Part shown: in pieces, positions 9,452-18,398 of the stretch
Numbering within the stretch: position 1 is the stretch's first letter
Layout of the letters: each line of letters starts with the position of its first letter
NCBI GenBank assembly: GCA_035690485.1
Contig: DASSKL010000008.1
Span: 62,586 to 126,585 of the forward strand
Direction: 5' to 3'
DNA from: Mycobacteriales bacterium
GTDB lineage: Bacteria > Actinomycetota > Actinomycetes > JAFAQI01 > DASSKL01
DNA: 64,000 nt
The notes under the pieces: generated by a model
The model's database searches: none
Seen by the model: the letters and a program-made list of their open reading frames with translations, nothing else
Told to the model about the DNA's origin: nothing
Made by a program: the position numbers and the translations under genes

Positions 9452-10636
9452 GTGACGACGACTGCCGACCTCGACCTGCCCGACGGCGTGGAGCCCACGC
9501 CGTTCGCATTGCTGATGCTCGGACGCGGGTCCGACCCGCAGTCGGAACGCGGCACGTCGTGCCCGGGCGAGCTGCCGGCCCCGTCCGACCCCGACCTGGT
9601 CGAGCGCGCGCGCACCGCCAAGGAGCGGCTCGGCGAGCAGGTGTTCGTGCTCGGCCACCACTACCAGCGTGACGAGGTCATCCAGTTCGCCGACGTGACC
9701 GGTGACTCGTTCAAGCTGGCCCAGCAGGCAGCGGCACGTCCGCAGGCGGACTACATCGTCTTCTGCGGCGTCCACTTCATGGCAGAGTCGGCCGACATCC
9801 TCACCGCCGCCCACCAGCAGGTGCTGCTGCCCGACCTCGCGGCCGGCTGCTCGATGGCCGACATGGCGACGTTCGACCAGGTCGAGGATGCGTGGGACGT
9901 GCTCGCCGACGCCGGCGTCGCGGACGTCACCGTGCCGGTCAGCTACATGAACTCCTCGGCCGACATCAAGGCCTTCACCGGCCGGCACGCCGGCACGATC
10001 TGCACCTCGTCCAACGCCAAGCGCGCCCTCGACTGGGCGTTCGCGCAGGGCGAGAAGGTGCTGTTCCTGCCCGACCAGCACCTCGGCCGCAACACCGCCG
10101 TGCGCGCCATGGGCATGAGCCTCGACGACTGCGTGGTCTTCGATCCGAACAGGCCGGGCGGCGGGGTGAGCGCCGACGACCTTCGCCGGGCCCGGATGAT
10201 CCTCTGGCGGGGCCACTGCTCGGTGCACGGCCGCTTCACCCGCGAGTGTGTCGACGAGGTGCGGGCCCGCATCCCCGGCGTACACGTCCTCGTCCACCCC
10301 GAGTGCCGCCACGAGGTGGCCTCGGCCGCGGACCTCGTCGGGTCGACGGAGTTCATCATCCGCACCGTCGCCGAGTCCCCGGCCGGCTCCGCGTGGGCGA
10401 TCGGCACCGAGCTCAACCTCGTGCAGCGGCTGGCCAAGCGCCATCCGGACAAGCAGATCGTCTACCTCGACAAGACCGTCTGCTTCTGCTCGACGATGAA
10501 CCGCATCGACCTGCCGCACCTGGTGCGGACGATGGAGTCACTGGTCGACGGTCGCGTCGTCAACCGCGTCGAGGTCGACCCGCGGGTCGCGATCGAGGCG
10601 CGCCTGGCGCTCGACCGCATGCTCGCCCTGCCCTAG
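9452..10636 (+). CDS. nadA: Quinolinate synthase NadA
   Basis: GTG start preceded by GGGAG. Translation has the NadA hallmarks VFVLGHHYQRDEV, CGVHFMAESADIL, three conserved Cys regions and HPEC. 395 aa. The annotated ORF 8732..10636 upstream of 9452 is antisense to the glycerate kinase. Confidence 0.85.
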   Translation: MTTTADLDLPDGVEPTPFALLMLGRGSDPQSERGTSCPGELPAPSDPDLVERARTAKERLGEQVFVLGHHYQRDEVIQFADVTGDSFKLAQQAAARPQADYIVFCGVHFMAESADILTAAHQQVLLPDLAAGCSMADMATFDQVEDAWDVLADAGVADVTVPVSYMNSSADIKAFTGRHAGTICTSSNAKRALDWAFAQGEKVLFLPDQHLGRNTAVRAMGMSLDDCVVFDPNRPGGGVSADDLRRARMILWRGHCSVHGRFTRECVDEVRARIPGVHVLVHPECRHEVASAADLVGSTEFIIRTVAESPAGSAWAIGTELNLVQRLAKRHPDKQIVYLDKTVCFCSTMNRIDLPHLVRTMESLVDGRVVNRVEVDPRVAIEARLALDRMLALP

Positions 10637-10669
10637 CGGCCGATCGCCGCCCGCGCGCCGGCGCGCCGC

Positions 10670-11236
10670 TCAGGGCCGGCCTGGGGCGTCCCAGACGGGA
10701 AACCAACGAGACAGATCGTCCTCGATCTTCAAGTCGTCGGCGACCGCCGCGCGGACCTCGAGCTCGACGGTGTTGTCGCGCTTCTGCTCGCCGCTCGGCG
10801 CGAACGGGTACCACGCGCCCCGCTTGTAGAGGTAGACCAGCCCGAGCGGCTGGTGGCCGTCGGTGAACCACACCACCGTGCACAGCAGCAGCGAGCCGAA
10901 GCCGGCGTCGGCCAGCGTCGAGTTGACCGCGTGCAGGTCGGCGACCAGGTCGCTGAGCTCGTCGGGGCCGGTACGCCGGACCAGCCAGGTGAACCCGTAG
11001 GAGTCGGTCTGCTGGGAGAACTTGCCGCCGTCGAGTGCGAGCAGCTGCTGCACCTGGTCGCCGAGGCCCTGGAACGCACCCCCCTCGGCCTTCTTGAACG
11101 CGACGGTCCCGGCGCCCGTCGGGCGGAACGACGTCGAGGCCGACAGCGTCACCGCTGCCGACGGGAGGCCGAACAGCTGGTCGAGGTCGGGCGGGACCGG
11201 CTTCGAGCGACCGAGGAGGGCGTCCAGAAGCCCCAT
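10670..11236 (-). CDS. Conserved hypothetical protein (188 aa), last gene of the pspA-htpX operon
   Basis: Contiguous in-frame ORF directly downstream of htpX. The stop/start overlap at 11236 suggests co-translation. No recognisable catalytic motif. Confidence 0.55.
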   Translation of the reverse strand: MGLLDALLGRSKPVPPDLDQLFGLPSAAVTLSASTSFRPTGAGTVAFKKAEGGAFQGLGDQVQQLLALDGGKFSQQTDSYGFTWLVRRTGPDELSDLVADLHAVNSTLADAGFGSLLLCTVVWFTDGHQPLGLVYLYKRGAWYPFAPSGEQKRDNTVELEVRAAVADDLKIEDDLSRWFPVWDAPGRP

Positions 11237-12156
11237 CAGGCGCCGGGCTGCCCGAGCTCGCGAGCGATCTTGCCGAGCTCGGCGAGCCGCTTGTCGAGGG
11301 TCGGGTGGGTGGAGAACAGCGACGAGATGCTGAAGCCCTTGGCGAACGCCGGGGCGAAGAAGAACGCGTTGAACGGCTCGGCGGAGCGCAGGTCGTTGGT
11401 CGGGATCCGGGCCATGTCGCCAGTGACCTTCGTCAGCGCGGATGCCAGTGCCGACGGCGCACCCGTCAGCAGCGCGCCGGCCCGGTCGGCGGCCAGCTCG
11501 CGGTAGCGCGACAGCGCCCGCGTCAGCAGGAACGACAGCGCGTAGACGACCATCGACACGGCCATCACGGCGAAGACCATCAACGCGGCGTTGTTGTTGT
11601 TGTCGTTGCGCCGGCCGCCGCCGCCGAACATCCCGGCGTAGAGGGTGAACCGGGTGATCATGCCGGCGAGGATGCCGAGGAACGACGCGAACGTCATGAC
11701 CATGACGTCGCGGTGTGCCACGTGCGACAGCTCGTGCGCGAGCACGCCCTCGAGCTCCTCGCGGTCGAGGCGGCGCATGATGCCGGTCGTCGCGCAGACG
11801 ACGGCGCGCTGCGGGCTGCGGCCGGTGGCGAACGCGTTGGGGATGTCGCTGTCGGCGATCGCGACCCTGGGCTTGGGCATGTCGGCGAGCGCGCAGAGGC
11901 GGTCGACGATCGCGTGCAGCTCGGGGGCCTCTTCGGGTGTCACCTCTCGGCCGTGCATCGCGAACAGCGCGATGCGGTCGGAGGCGTAGAACTGGAAGAA
12001 GAGGAACCCCGCGCCCACGACGGCGATGACGAGCGGCGCGACGCTGATCGCGACGAGCGCTGCCATGAACGCGACGAAGAGCAGGCCCAGCAGGAACATC
12101 GTGAGGGCCATGCGGGTCTGGAGTCCGCGGTCTGCGCGGAACCGGGTGGTAGCCAT
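11236..12156 (-). CDS. htpX: Zinc metalloprotease HtpX (peptidase M48)
   Basis: HEXXH motif HELSHVAHRD, 4 TM segments, C-terminal THPTLDKR. Start taken at MATTRFR (ATG 12156..12154), 1 nt after the upstream stop. Confidence 0.85.
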   Translation of the reverse strand: MATTRFRADRGLQTRMALTMFLLGLLFVAFMAALVAISVAPLVIAVVGAGFLFFQFYASDRIALFAMHGREVTPEEAPELHAIVDRLCALADMPKPRVAIADSDIPNAFATGRSPQRAVVCATTGIMRRLDREELEGVLAHELSHVAHRDVMVMTFASFLGILAGMITRFTLYAGMFGGGGRRNDNNNNAALMVFAVMAVSMVVYALSFLLTRALSRYRELAADRAGALLTGAPSALASALTKVTGDMARIPTNDLRSAEPFNAFFFAPAFAKGFSISSLFSTHPTLDKRLAELGKIARELGQPGA

Positions 12157-12157
12157 G

Positions 12158-12436
12158 TCAGCCGGGGATGAGCCCTTCCTCGCCGAGCAGGTCTCTGACC
12201 TCGGCCAGCCCCGCATCGGCGGAGGGCAGGACGAGGTCCGACGGCACGAGCGTGTCGTCGGGCATGGGGACGCCCACCTCGCGCACCCGGCCGAGCAGCG
12301 CGGCCAGAGCGCTGCCGAACGCGCTCTCGTCGTCGCCGTCGACCGCGCGGGCGAGCGCGTCGTCGAGCTCGTTGAGCCGGTCCAGCTCCGCCTCGGGGAC
12401 GTCGAGCTGGCCCTCGCCCAGGATGCGCACGATCAT
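12158..12436 (-). CDS. Small acidic protein (92 aa) between pspA and htpX, candidate PspA-associated protein
   Basis: Start ATG overlaps the pspA stop (ATGA at 12433..12436). Highly acidic (D/E-rich) soluble protein. Confidence 0.55.
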   Translation of the reverse strand: MIVRILGEGQLDVPEAELDRLNELDDALARAVDGDDESAFGSALAALLGRVREVGVPMPDDTLVPSDLVLPSADAGLAEVRDLLGEEGLIPG

Positions 12437-13188
12437 TGATCTGCTCCGGAGCCGCTCTCCACCTGCTTCGGTGCGTCGGCGCCGCCGATCTGCTGCTTCA
12501 TCTTCGCCAGTTCGGCGTCGATGTCGCTGCCCGAGGACAGCTGGTCCAGCTCGTGCTGGATGTCGTCGTCGCGGCTGCCCGGCGGCAGCGACGCGTCGTC
12601 GAGCGCGCCGGAGGCGAGCAGCTCGTCGACCGCGCCGGCCCGCGCCTGCATCTGCAGGGTCTTGTCCTCGGCACGCTGGATGGCGAGGCCGACGTCGCCC
12701 ATCTCCTCGGAGATGCCGGCGAACGCCTCACCGATCTTGCTCTGCGCCTCGGCCGCCGTGTAGGTAGCCTTGATGGTCTCCTTGCGGGTGCGGAACGCGT
12801 CGACCTTCGCCTGCAGCCGCTGCGAGGCGACCGTGAGCTTCTCCTCCTCGGCCTGCAGCGACGCGTGCTGGGTCGCCAGGTCGGAGATCTGCTGGTTGAC
12901 GGCGCCCCGGCGCGACAACGCCTCGCGGGCGAGGTCGTCACGGCCGGCCGTGACGGCCTGCTGCGCCTGCCCCTGAAGCTTGTCGGCGGAACCCTGCAGC
13001 TGCTGCATCTGGATCTCGAGACGCTTACGGCTGGTGGCGACGTCGGCAACCCCGCGACGGACCTTCTGCAGCATCTCCAGCTGCTTCTGGTAGGAGTAGT
13101 CGAGAGTCTCGCGCGGGTCCTCGGCGCGGTCGAGCGCTTTGTTGGCCTTCGACTTGAAGATGAGCGACAGGCGTCGCGCGATGCTCAT
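12433..13188 (-). CDS. pspA: PspA/IM30 family protein (phage-shock protein A / 35-kDa antigen-like)
   Basis: Start at MSIARRLSLIFKSKANKALDRAEDP, the canonical PspA N-terminal amphipathic helix. Coiled-coil body rich in Q/E/R/A. The ORF extends upstream to 13437, but the PspA homology begins at 13188. Confidence 0.85.
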   Translation of the reverse strand: MSIARRLSLIFKSKANKALDRAEDPRETLDYSYQKQLEMLQKVRRGVADVATSRKRLEIQMQQLQGSADKLQGQAQQAVTAGRDDLAREALSRRGAVNQQISDLATQHASLQAEEEKLTVASQRLQAKVDAFRTRKETIKATYTAAEAQSKIGEAFAGISEEMGDVGLAIQRAEDKTLQMQARAGAVDELLASGALDDASLPPGSRDDDIQHELDQLSSGSDIDAELAKMKQQIGGADAPKQVESGSGADQ

Positions 13189-13276
13189 CGGCGTGGTCTC
13201 CCTCGTTCGTCGTGCACACCACAGTAGCCAGCCGCGCGCCGCCCGGCACTCCGTGAACGGTCGGTAACCTGGGTTC

Positions 13277-13870
13277 GTGCCCCTGTTCCGTCCCGGCCGC
13301 GACAGCGCGCCCGTCGACAGCGCTGTCGAGGAAGCGCCCGAGGAGGCGCCGCAGACCGCGGGCAAGGGCCGCCCCACCCCCAAACGGCGCGATGCGCAAC
13401 GCCGTCGACGCGAGGTCGTCAAGGCCCCCACGACCAAGCGCGAGGCCTACCGCCAGCGGCGCGACCGCATCCGCCAGGAGCGACGTGGCCAGCGCCGCGC
13501 GCTGGTGTCCGGCGACGAGGGCAACCTGCCGCCGCGCGACGCCGGCCCGGCCAAGCGCTACGTCCGCGACATGGTCGACAGCCGGCGCAGCATGGGCACG
13601 TTGTTCCTGCCGGCCGCGCTCGTGCTGCTGTTCGCCAGCACGGTGAAGGGCCCGGCGCTCGCGGCGCTGGTCTCGTTCGGCTACGTCGTACTCCTCGGGG
13701 CGATCATCGTCGACAGCTTCGTGCTGTCCCGCAAGGTGCACCGGGCGGTCAGCGAGAAGTTCGGTGAGAAGGCGACCACCGGGGTGCGGATGTACGCCAT
13801 CACCCGGTCGTTGCAGTTCCGCCGGCTGCGCATGCCGCCGCCCAAGGTCAAGCGCGGCGACCGGGTCTGA
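13277..13870 (+). CDS. DUF3043-family membrane protein
   Basis: N-terminal basic region (KRRDAQRRRREV...) followed by two TM helices. GTG start. Confidence 0.65.
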   Translation: MPLFRPGRDSAPVDSAVEEAPEEAPQTAGKGRPTPKRRDAQRRRREVVKAPTTKREAYRQRRDRIRQERRGQRRALVSGDEGNLPPRDAGPAKRYVRDMVDSRRSMGTLFLPAALVLLFASTVKGPALAALVSFGYVVLLGAIIVDSFVLSRKVHRAVSEKFGEKATTGVRMYAITRSLQFRRLRMPPPKVKRGDRV

Positions 13871-13894
13871 AGCCTGAGCCGTAGGGTTCGAGGC

Positions 13895-14893
13895 ATGGAG
13901 TATCGCCACCTGGGCCGCAGCGGCCTGCTCGTGTCCGAGATCGCCTACGGCAACTGGATCACGCACGGCAGCCAGGTGGAGGCCGACACGGCGACCGCCT
14001 GCGTGCGCGCGGCACTCGACGCCGACATCAACTTCTTCGACACCGCCGACGTCTACGCGCAGGGCCGGGCGGAGGACGTCCTCGGTCGGGCTCTCGACGG
14101 CGTGCCCCGCAAGGACCTCGTGCTGGCGACGAAGGTGTTCTGGCCAACAGGCGCGGGCCCCAACGACCGCGGCCTGTCGCGCAAGCACATCTTCGAGTCG
14201 ATCGACGCGTCGCTGCGCCGGTTGCGCACCGACTACGTCGACCTCTACCAAGCGCACCGGTTCGACGTCGAGACACCGCTCGAGGAGACGCTGCACGCGT
14301 TCGACGACCTGGTGCGCGCGGGCAAGGTGCACTACATCGGCGTCTCGGAGTGGACCGCGGCGCAGATCGAGGACGCGCTGCGTATCGCCGACGCGATGGG
14401 CTTCGACCGCATCGTCACCAACCAACCGCAGTACTCCGCGCTGTGGCGGGTCATCGAGGCGGAGGTCGTGCCGCTCTGCGAGCAGGAGGGGGTCGGCCAG
14501 ATCGTCTGGTCGCCGATCGCGCAGGGCGTGCTGACCGGCAAGTACCGTCCCGGCGCCGAGCCGCCCGCCGGCTCGCGGGCGACCGACGCGACCGGCGGCG
14601 GGTTCGTCAAGCGCTGGCTCGAGGACGACGTGCTGACCCGCGTGCAGGAGCTGGCGCCCGTCGCCGACGAGGCCGGGCTGTCGATGGCGCAGCTCGCGGT
14701 GGCCTGGGTGCTGCAGAACTCCAACGTCTCGGCCGCGATCATCGGGGCCTCGCGTCCCGAGCAGGTGAAGGACAACGTGGGTGCGGCGGGCGTACGGCTC
14801 GACGACGCGGTCATGCGACGCATCGACGAGATCCTCGACCCGGTCGTCCAGCGCGACCCCGCGCTCACCGTCAGCCCGCGCAAGCGACCCTGA
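13895..14893 (+). CDS. Aldo/keto reductase (Kv-beta-like AKR)
   Basis: MEYRHLGRSGLLVSEIAYGNW... FFDTADVY... catalytic tetrad context (D, Y, K, H). 332 aa. Confidence 0.9.
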   Translation: MEYRHLGRSGLLVSEIAYGNWITHGSQVEADTATACVRAALDADINFFDTADVYAQGRAEDVLGRALDGVPRKDLVLATKVFWPTGAGPNDRGLSRKHIFESIDASLRRLRTDYVDLYQAHRFDVETPLEETLHAFDDLVRAGKVHYIGVSEWTAAQIEDALRIADAMGFDRIVTNQPQYSALWRVIEAEVVPLCEQEGVGQIVWSPIAQGVLTGKYRPGAEPPAGSRATDATGGGFVKRWLEDDVLTRVQELAPVADEAGLSMAQLAVAWVLQNSNVSAAIIGASRPEQVKDNVGAAGVRLDDAVMRRIDEILDPVVQRDPALTVSPRKRP

Positions 14894-14906
14894 GCGCGGC
14901 GGGCGC

Positions 14907-15116
14907 TCACTCCTCCCGCAGACTCATCGGGCCGTAGACCTCGCGATCCCCGTCGAGGAGCGTGACCTGCTCCACCCCGGCCGACAGCAGCTCGCGCCAG
15001 TTCTCGCCCACCCAACTCTCGGCGTCGGACCGCGTCGGGAACGCCTCTCCCTGCGGCGCCTCGCGCGGGGAGACCGGCGTCCCGTCGGCCGCCTCGTAGC
15101 GCCAGGTCCAGCTCAT
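14907..15116 (-). CDS. Small conserved protein (69 aa)
   Basis: [15 protein letters not shown]...; ATG overlaps the stop of the upstream kinase gene (ATGA at 15113..15116). Confidence 0.5.
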   Translation of the reverse strand: MSWTWRYEAADGTPVSPREAPQGEAFPTRSDAESWVGENWRELLSAGVEQVTLLDGDREVYGPMSLREE

Positions 15117-15658
15117 CGGTCCTCCGGTCGCTCGTCGGACATAGCGGTGAAGATGCGGTCGGCGATCTCGTCGGGGCTCAGGTCGTCGACGTCGACGATG
15201 TAGGACGCCACCGCGGCGTAGCGGTCGGCGCGCCCGTCGTACAGGCGCCGCAACGCCGTGGCCACGTCGTCGCCCTCGTGGAACCACGGCCGCCCCTCGC
15301 CCGTACCCACCCGCTGCGCCAGTGTCTCGATGCGGGCACGCAGCCAGACGACGAACCCGCCCGCCGCAAGCCGGCGCCGGTCGTCGTCGCTGTCGACGAT
15401 GCCGCCCGCCACCGCGGCGATGACGGGCGCCGGGGCGCGCAGCGCCTCGGTCAGGGCGCGGGACTCCAGGTCGCGCAGCGTGCCGACGCCCTCCTCGTCG
15501 AGCACCTTGTCGGTGCTGCGGCCGCCCGCGCGAGCGACCAACGTGTCGTTGTCGAGGTAGGGCCAGCCGGTGCGCTTCGACAAGGCGGCACCGACCGTCG
15601 TCTTTCCGGCACCCATCATCCCCATGAGCAGGACGCGCTGCGGCGGAGCGGGGCTCAT
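15113..15658 (-). CDS. Shikimate-kinase-family P-loop kinase
   Basis: Walker [10 protein letters not shown], DxD-like [13 protein letters not shown] lid region. 181 aa. ATGA overlap with the gcvT stop at 15655..15658. Confidence 0.7.
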   Translation of the reverse strand: MSPAPPQRVLLMGMMGAGKTTVGAALSKRTGWPYLDNDTLVARAGGRSTDKVLDEEGVGTLRDLESRALTEALRAPAPVIAAVAGGIVDSDDDRRRLAAGGFVVWLRARIETLAQRVGTGEGRPWFHEGDDVATALRRLYDGRADRYAAVASYIVDVDDLSPDEIADRIFTAMSDERPEDR

Positions 15659-16782
15659 CGCGGCGACGCATCGACGAACGGCGGGCGTACGACGTGCATG
15701 CCGGCCGACCGACCCCTCACGTCGACGAGCACCGCGTCACCCTCCTGCACCTGCGACCCGAGCAGCGCGAGGGCGACGCCGACGCGGCGGGTCGGCGAGA
15801 ACGTGCCACTGGTCACCTCGCCGACGACCGTCCCGTCACCCGCCGTCACCGTCATGTGCGGGCGAGGGATGGCCCGGTCGTCGGCGACCAGCCCCCGCAG
15901 CAACCGCGCGGGTCCCGCCGCGCGCTCGGCCAGCATCGCGTCGCGTCCCCAGAACGCCGGCTTGTCCCAGCCGACGGCCCAGCCGAGCCTCGCCTGCACC
16001 GGCGTGACCGTCGGCCCGATGTCCTGACCGTGCAGGGGATATCCCATCTCCGTGCGCAACGTGTCGCGGGCGCCGAGGCCGCACGGCAGCCCACCGAGGT
16101 CGATCGTCCGGGCGAGCAACGCGTCCCACACCGGCCCCGCATCGGACCAGGGGCAGACGATCTCGAAGCCGATCTCCCCGGTGTAGCCGGAGCGGCAGAC
16201 CACGACGGTCGTGCCCTCCCAGCCGGCGTCGGCGAACGACATGTAGTCGTGGTCGTGGGGCAGCCCGAGCTGCGCGAGCAGCTGCGGCGAGCGCGGTCCC
16301 TGGACGGCGAGGACCGCGAAGTCCTCGTGCCGGTCGGCGACCTCGACGCCCGGTGGTGCCGCCGCCGCCAGCCGCCGCGCCACCTCGGCGGTGTTGGCGG
16401 CGTTCGGGACGAGGAACACGTCGTCGTCACCGCGCAGGTAGGCGATGAGGTCGTCGACGATGCCGCCGGTGGGGTCGTCGCAGCACAACGTGTACTGCGC
16501 CTGACCCGGCTGCAGGCGGCCGAGGTCGGCGGTGAGGCAGGAGTCGACGAACGCCCGCGCGCCCTCGCCGGTCACTGCGACCTTGCCGAGGTGGCTCACG
16601 TCGAAGACCCCGACCGCCTGGCGGACCGCCGCGTGCTCCTTGAGCACGCCCCCGCCGGCGTAGTCGATCGGCATCGACCAGCCGCCGAAGTCGGCGAGCT
16701 TCGCGCCGAGCGCGAGATGCCGCTCGTGCAGTGGCGACCGGCGCGGCTCGTCGGCGGGCATGAGCGCCACGCTACCGAGCAC
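15655..16782 (-). CDS. gcvT: Glycine cleavage system aminomethyltransferase GcvT
   Basis: [26 protein letters not shown]..., GcvT-like throughout. 375 aa. Start is GTG 16782 or ATG 16761, and neither has a strong RBS. Confidence 0.9.
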   Translation of the reverse strand: MLGSVALMPADEPRRSPLHERHLALGAKLADFGGWSMPIDYAGGGVLKEHAAVRQAVGVFDVSHLGKVAVTGEGARAFVDSCLTADLGRLQPGQAQYTLCCDDPTGGIVDDLIAYLRGDDDVFLVPNAANTAEVARRLAAAAPPGVEVADRHEDFAVLAVQGPRSPQLLAQLGLPHDHDYMSFADAGWEGTTVVVCRSGYTGEIGFEIVCPWSDAGPVWDALLARTIDLGGLPCGLGARDTLRTEMGYPLHGQDIGPTVTPVQARLGWAVGWDKPAFWGRDAMLAERAAGPARLLRGLVADDRAIPRPHMTVTAGDGTVVGEVTSGTFSPTRRVGVALALLGSQVQEGDAVLVDVRGRSAGMHVVRPPFVDASPR

Positions 16783-16796
16783 GGGCGCCCGCTAGC

Positions 16797-18296
16797 GTGG
16801 CGGACGTGACCGACCTGACCGTTACCAGCGCAGATCCGGCAACCCTCGACGTCGATGCCCTGGTGGTCGGCCTGGTCCAGCGGCCCGACGGGCCCCCGGC
16901 ACTCGCGGCCGGCGCGGCGGCGGTCGACGCCGCCCTCGACGGGCAGCTCGCGGCAGCAGCGGCAGCCGTCGGCGCCACCGGCGCCGCCGGAGAGGTGACC
17001 CGCCTGGCGACGCTCGGGCGGCTCACCGCCAGGACGGTGGTCGCCGTGGGGCTCGGCGCCGGGCCCGCCGACGCGGAGACGCTGCGCCGCGCGGCCGGGG
17101 CCGCCGCGCGCGAGCTGGCCGGCTCGGCCTCGGTCGCGACCACCCTCGTCACCGGCGATGACGAGGGTCCACTGCGCGCGGCCGCCGAGGGGCTGCTGCT
17201 CGGGGCCTACGCCTTCCGCCGCTACCGGACGGTGTCGGGTGAGCGGGTCCGCCCCGCCGTGGAGCGCGCCCTGGTCGTCGTCGACAGCGAGGCAGCCAAG
17301 GGCGCACAGCAGGTGGTCGACCGGGCTCGGGTGGTCGCCGAGGCCGTTCACCTGTGCCGCGACCTCGTCAACACGCCGCCGTCCGATCTGCACCCGGCCG
17401 ATCTCGCCGCGGCCGCACTCTCGGCCTGCGAGGGTCTCGACCTCGAGGTCGAGGTGCTCGACGAGCGGGCCCTGCGGGATGGGGGCTACGGCGGGATCCT
17501 GGGGGTGGGCGCCGGCGCCGAGCACCCGCCGCGGCTGGTCCGCATCGCCTACCGCCATCCCGACGCGACCGCACACGTCGCCCTCGTCGGCAAGGGCATC
17601 ACGTTCGACTCCGGCGGCCTGTCCATCAAGCCGGCCGCGTCGATGGAGTGGATGAAGTCCGACATGGGCGGCGCCGCCGCGGTGCTCTCGACGCTGACGG
17701 CGGTCGGGCGCCTGGGCCCGGCGGTCAACGTCACCGGCTACCTCGCCATCGCCGAGAACATGCCCAGCGGCACGGCGATCCGCCCGTCCGACGTCCTCAC
17801 CATGCGCGGCGGGCGCACCGTCGAGGTGCTCAACACCGACGCCGAAGGTCGCCTGGTCATGGCCGACGCGATCGTGCGGGCCTGCGAGGAGTCCCCGGAC
17901 GCGCTGCTCGACGTGGCGACGCTCACCGGGGCGCAGCTGGTCGCGCTCGGCTCGCTGACGTTCGGGGTCATGGGCAACGACGACGCCCTGCGCGCCGCGG
18001 TGGTCGATGCCGCCGGGCGCACCGGGGAGCAGGCCTGGCCGATGCCGCTGCCCAAGGAGCTGCGCTCGTCGCTGGACTCCGACGTTGCCGACATCAAGAA
18101 CACCGGCGACCGCTACGGCGGCATGCTCGTGGCCGGGTTGTTCCTGCAGGACTTCGTGGCCGAGGGGGTGCGCTGGGCGCACCTCGACATCGCCGGGCCG
18201 GCGTTCAACCAGGGCAAGGCGTTCGGCTACACCCCTCGGGGCGGCACCGGCGCAGCCGTACGCACCCTCGTGGAGCTGCTCACCTCGTGGCAGTGA
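16797..18296 (+). CDS. pepA: Leucyl aminopeptidase (M17, PepA/PepB)
   Basis: NTDAEGRLVMADAI motif, the GKGITFDSGG and metal-binding region of the M17 family. GTG start. Confidence 0.9.
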   Translation: MADVTDLTVTSADPATLDVDALVVGLVQRPDGPPALAAGAAAVDAALDGQLAAAAAAVGATGAAGEVTRLATLGRLTARTVVAVGLGAGPADAETLRRAAGAAARELAGSASVATTLVTGDDEGPLRAAAEGLLLGAYAFRRYRTVSGERVRPAVERALVVVDSEAAKGAQQVVDRARVVAEAVHLCRDLVNTPPSDLHPADLAAAALSACEGLDLEVEVLDERALRDGGYGGILGVGAGAEHPPRLVRIAYRHPDATAHVALVGKGITFDSGGLSIKPAASMEWMKSDMGGAAAVLSTLTAVGRLGPAVNVTGYLAIAENMPSGTAIRPSDVLTMRGGRTVEVLNTDAEGRLVMADAIVRACEESPDALLDVATLTGAQLVALGSLTFGVMGNDDALRAAVVDAAGRTGEQAWPMPLPKELRSSLDSDVADIKNTGDRYGGMLVAGLFLQDFVAEGVRWAHLDIAGPAFNQGKAFGYTPRGGTGAAVRTLVELLTSWQ

Positions 18297-18398
18297 TCCA
18301 TCCGGGCTAGGCATCACCCGGACGGGTGTACGTCGCAGCCGTCGCGGCGGCCGATCTGGCCGGTGGACTACTTATCCCGTCATCCACCGGAGGCCACC

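Noticed and set aside
9355-9621. 89-codon N-terminal extension of the glycerate kinase ORF
   Set aside because: Family homology starts at VRVLIAPDSF. The extension is Ser/Arg/Gly-rich and would overlap the nadA promoter region, so the GTG start at 9354 is preferred.
16596-18317. 573-aa minus-strand ORF, with 15694..16809 on the + strand likewise
   Set aside because: These are antisense to pepA and gcvT respectively. There are no motifs, and the sense-strand genes are unambiguous.
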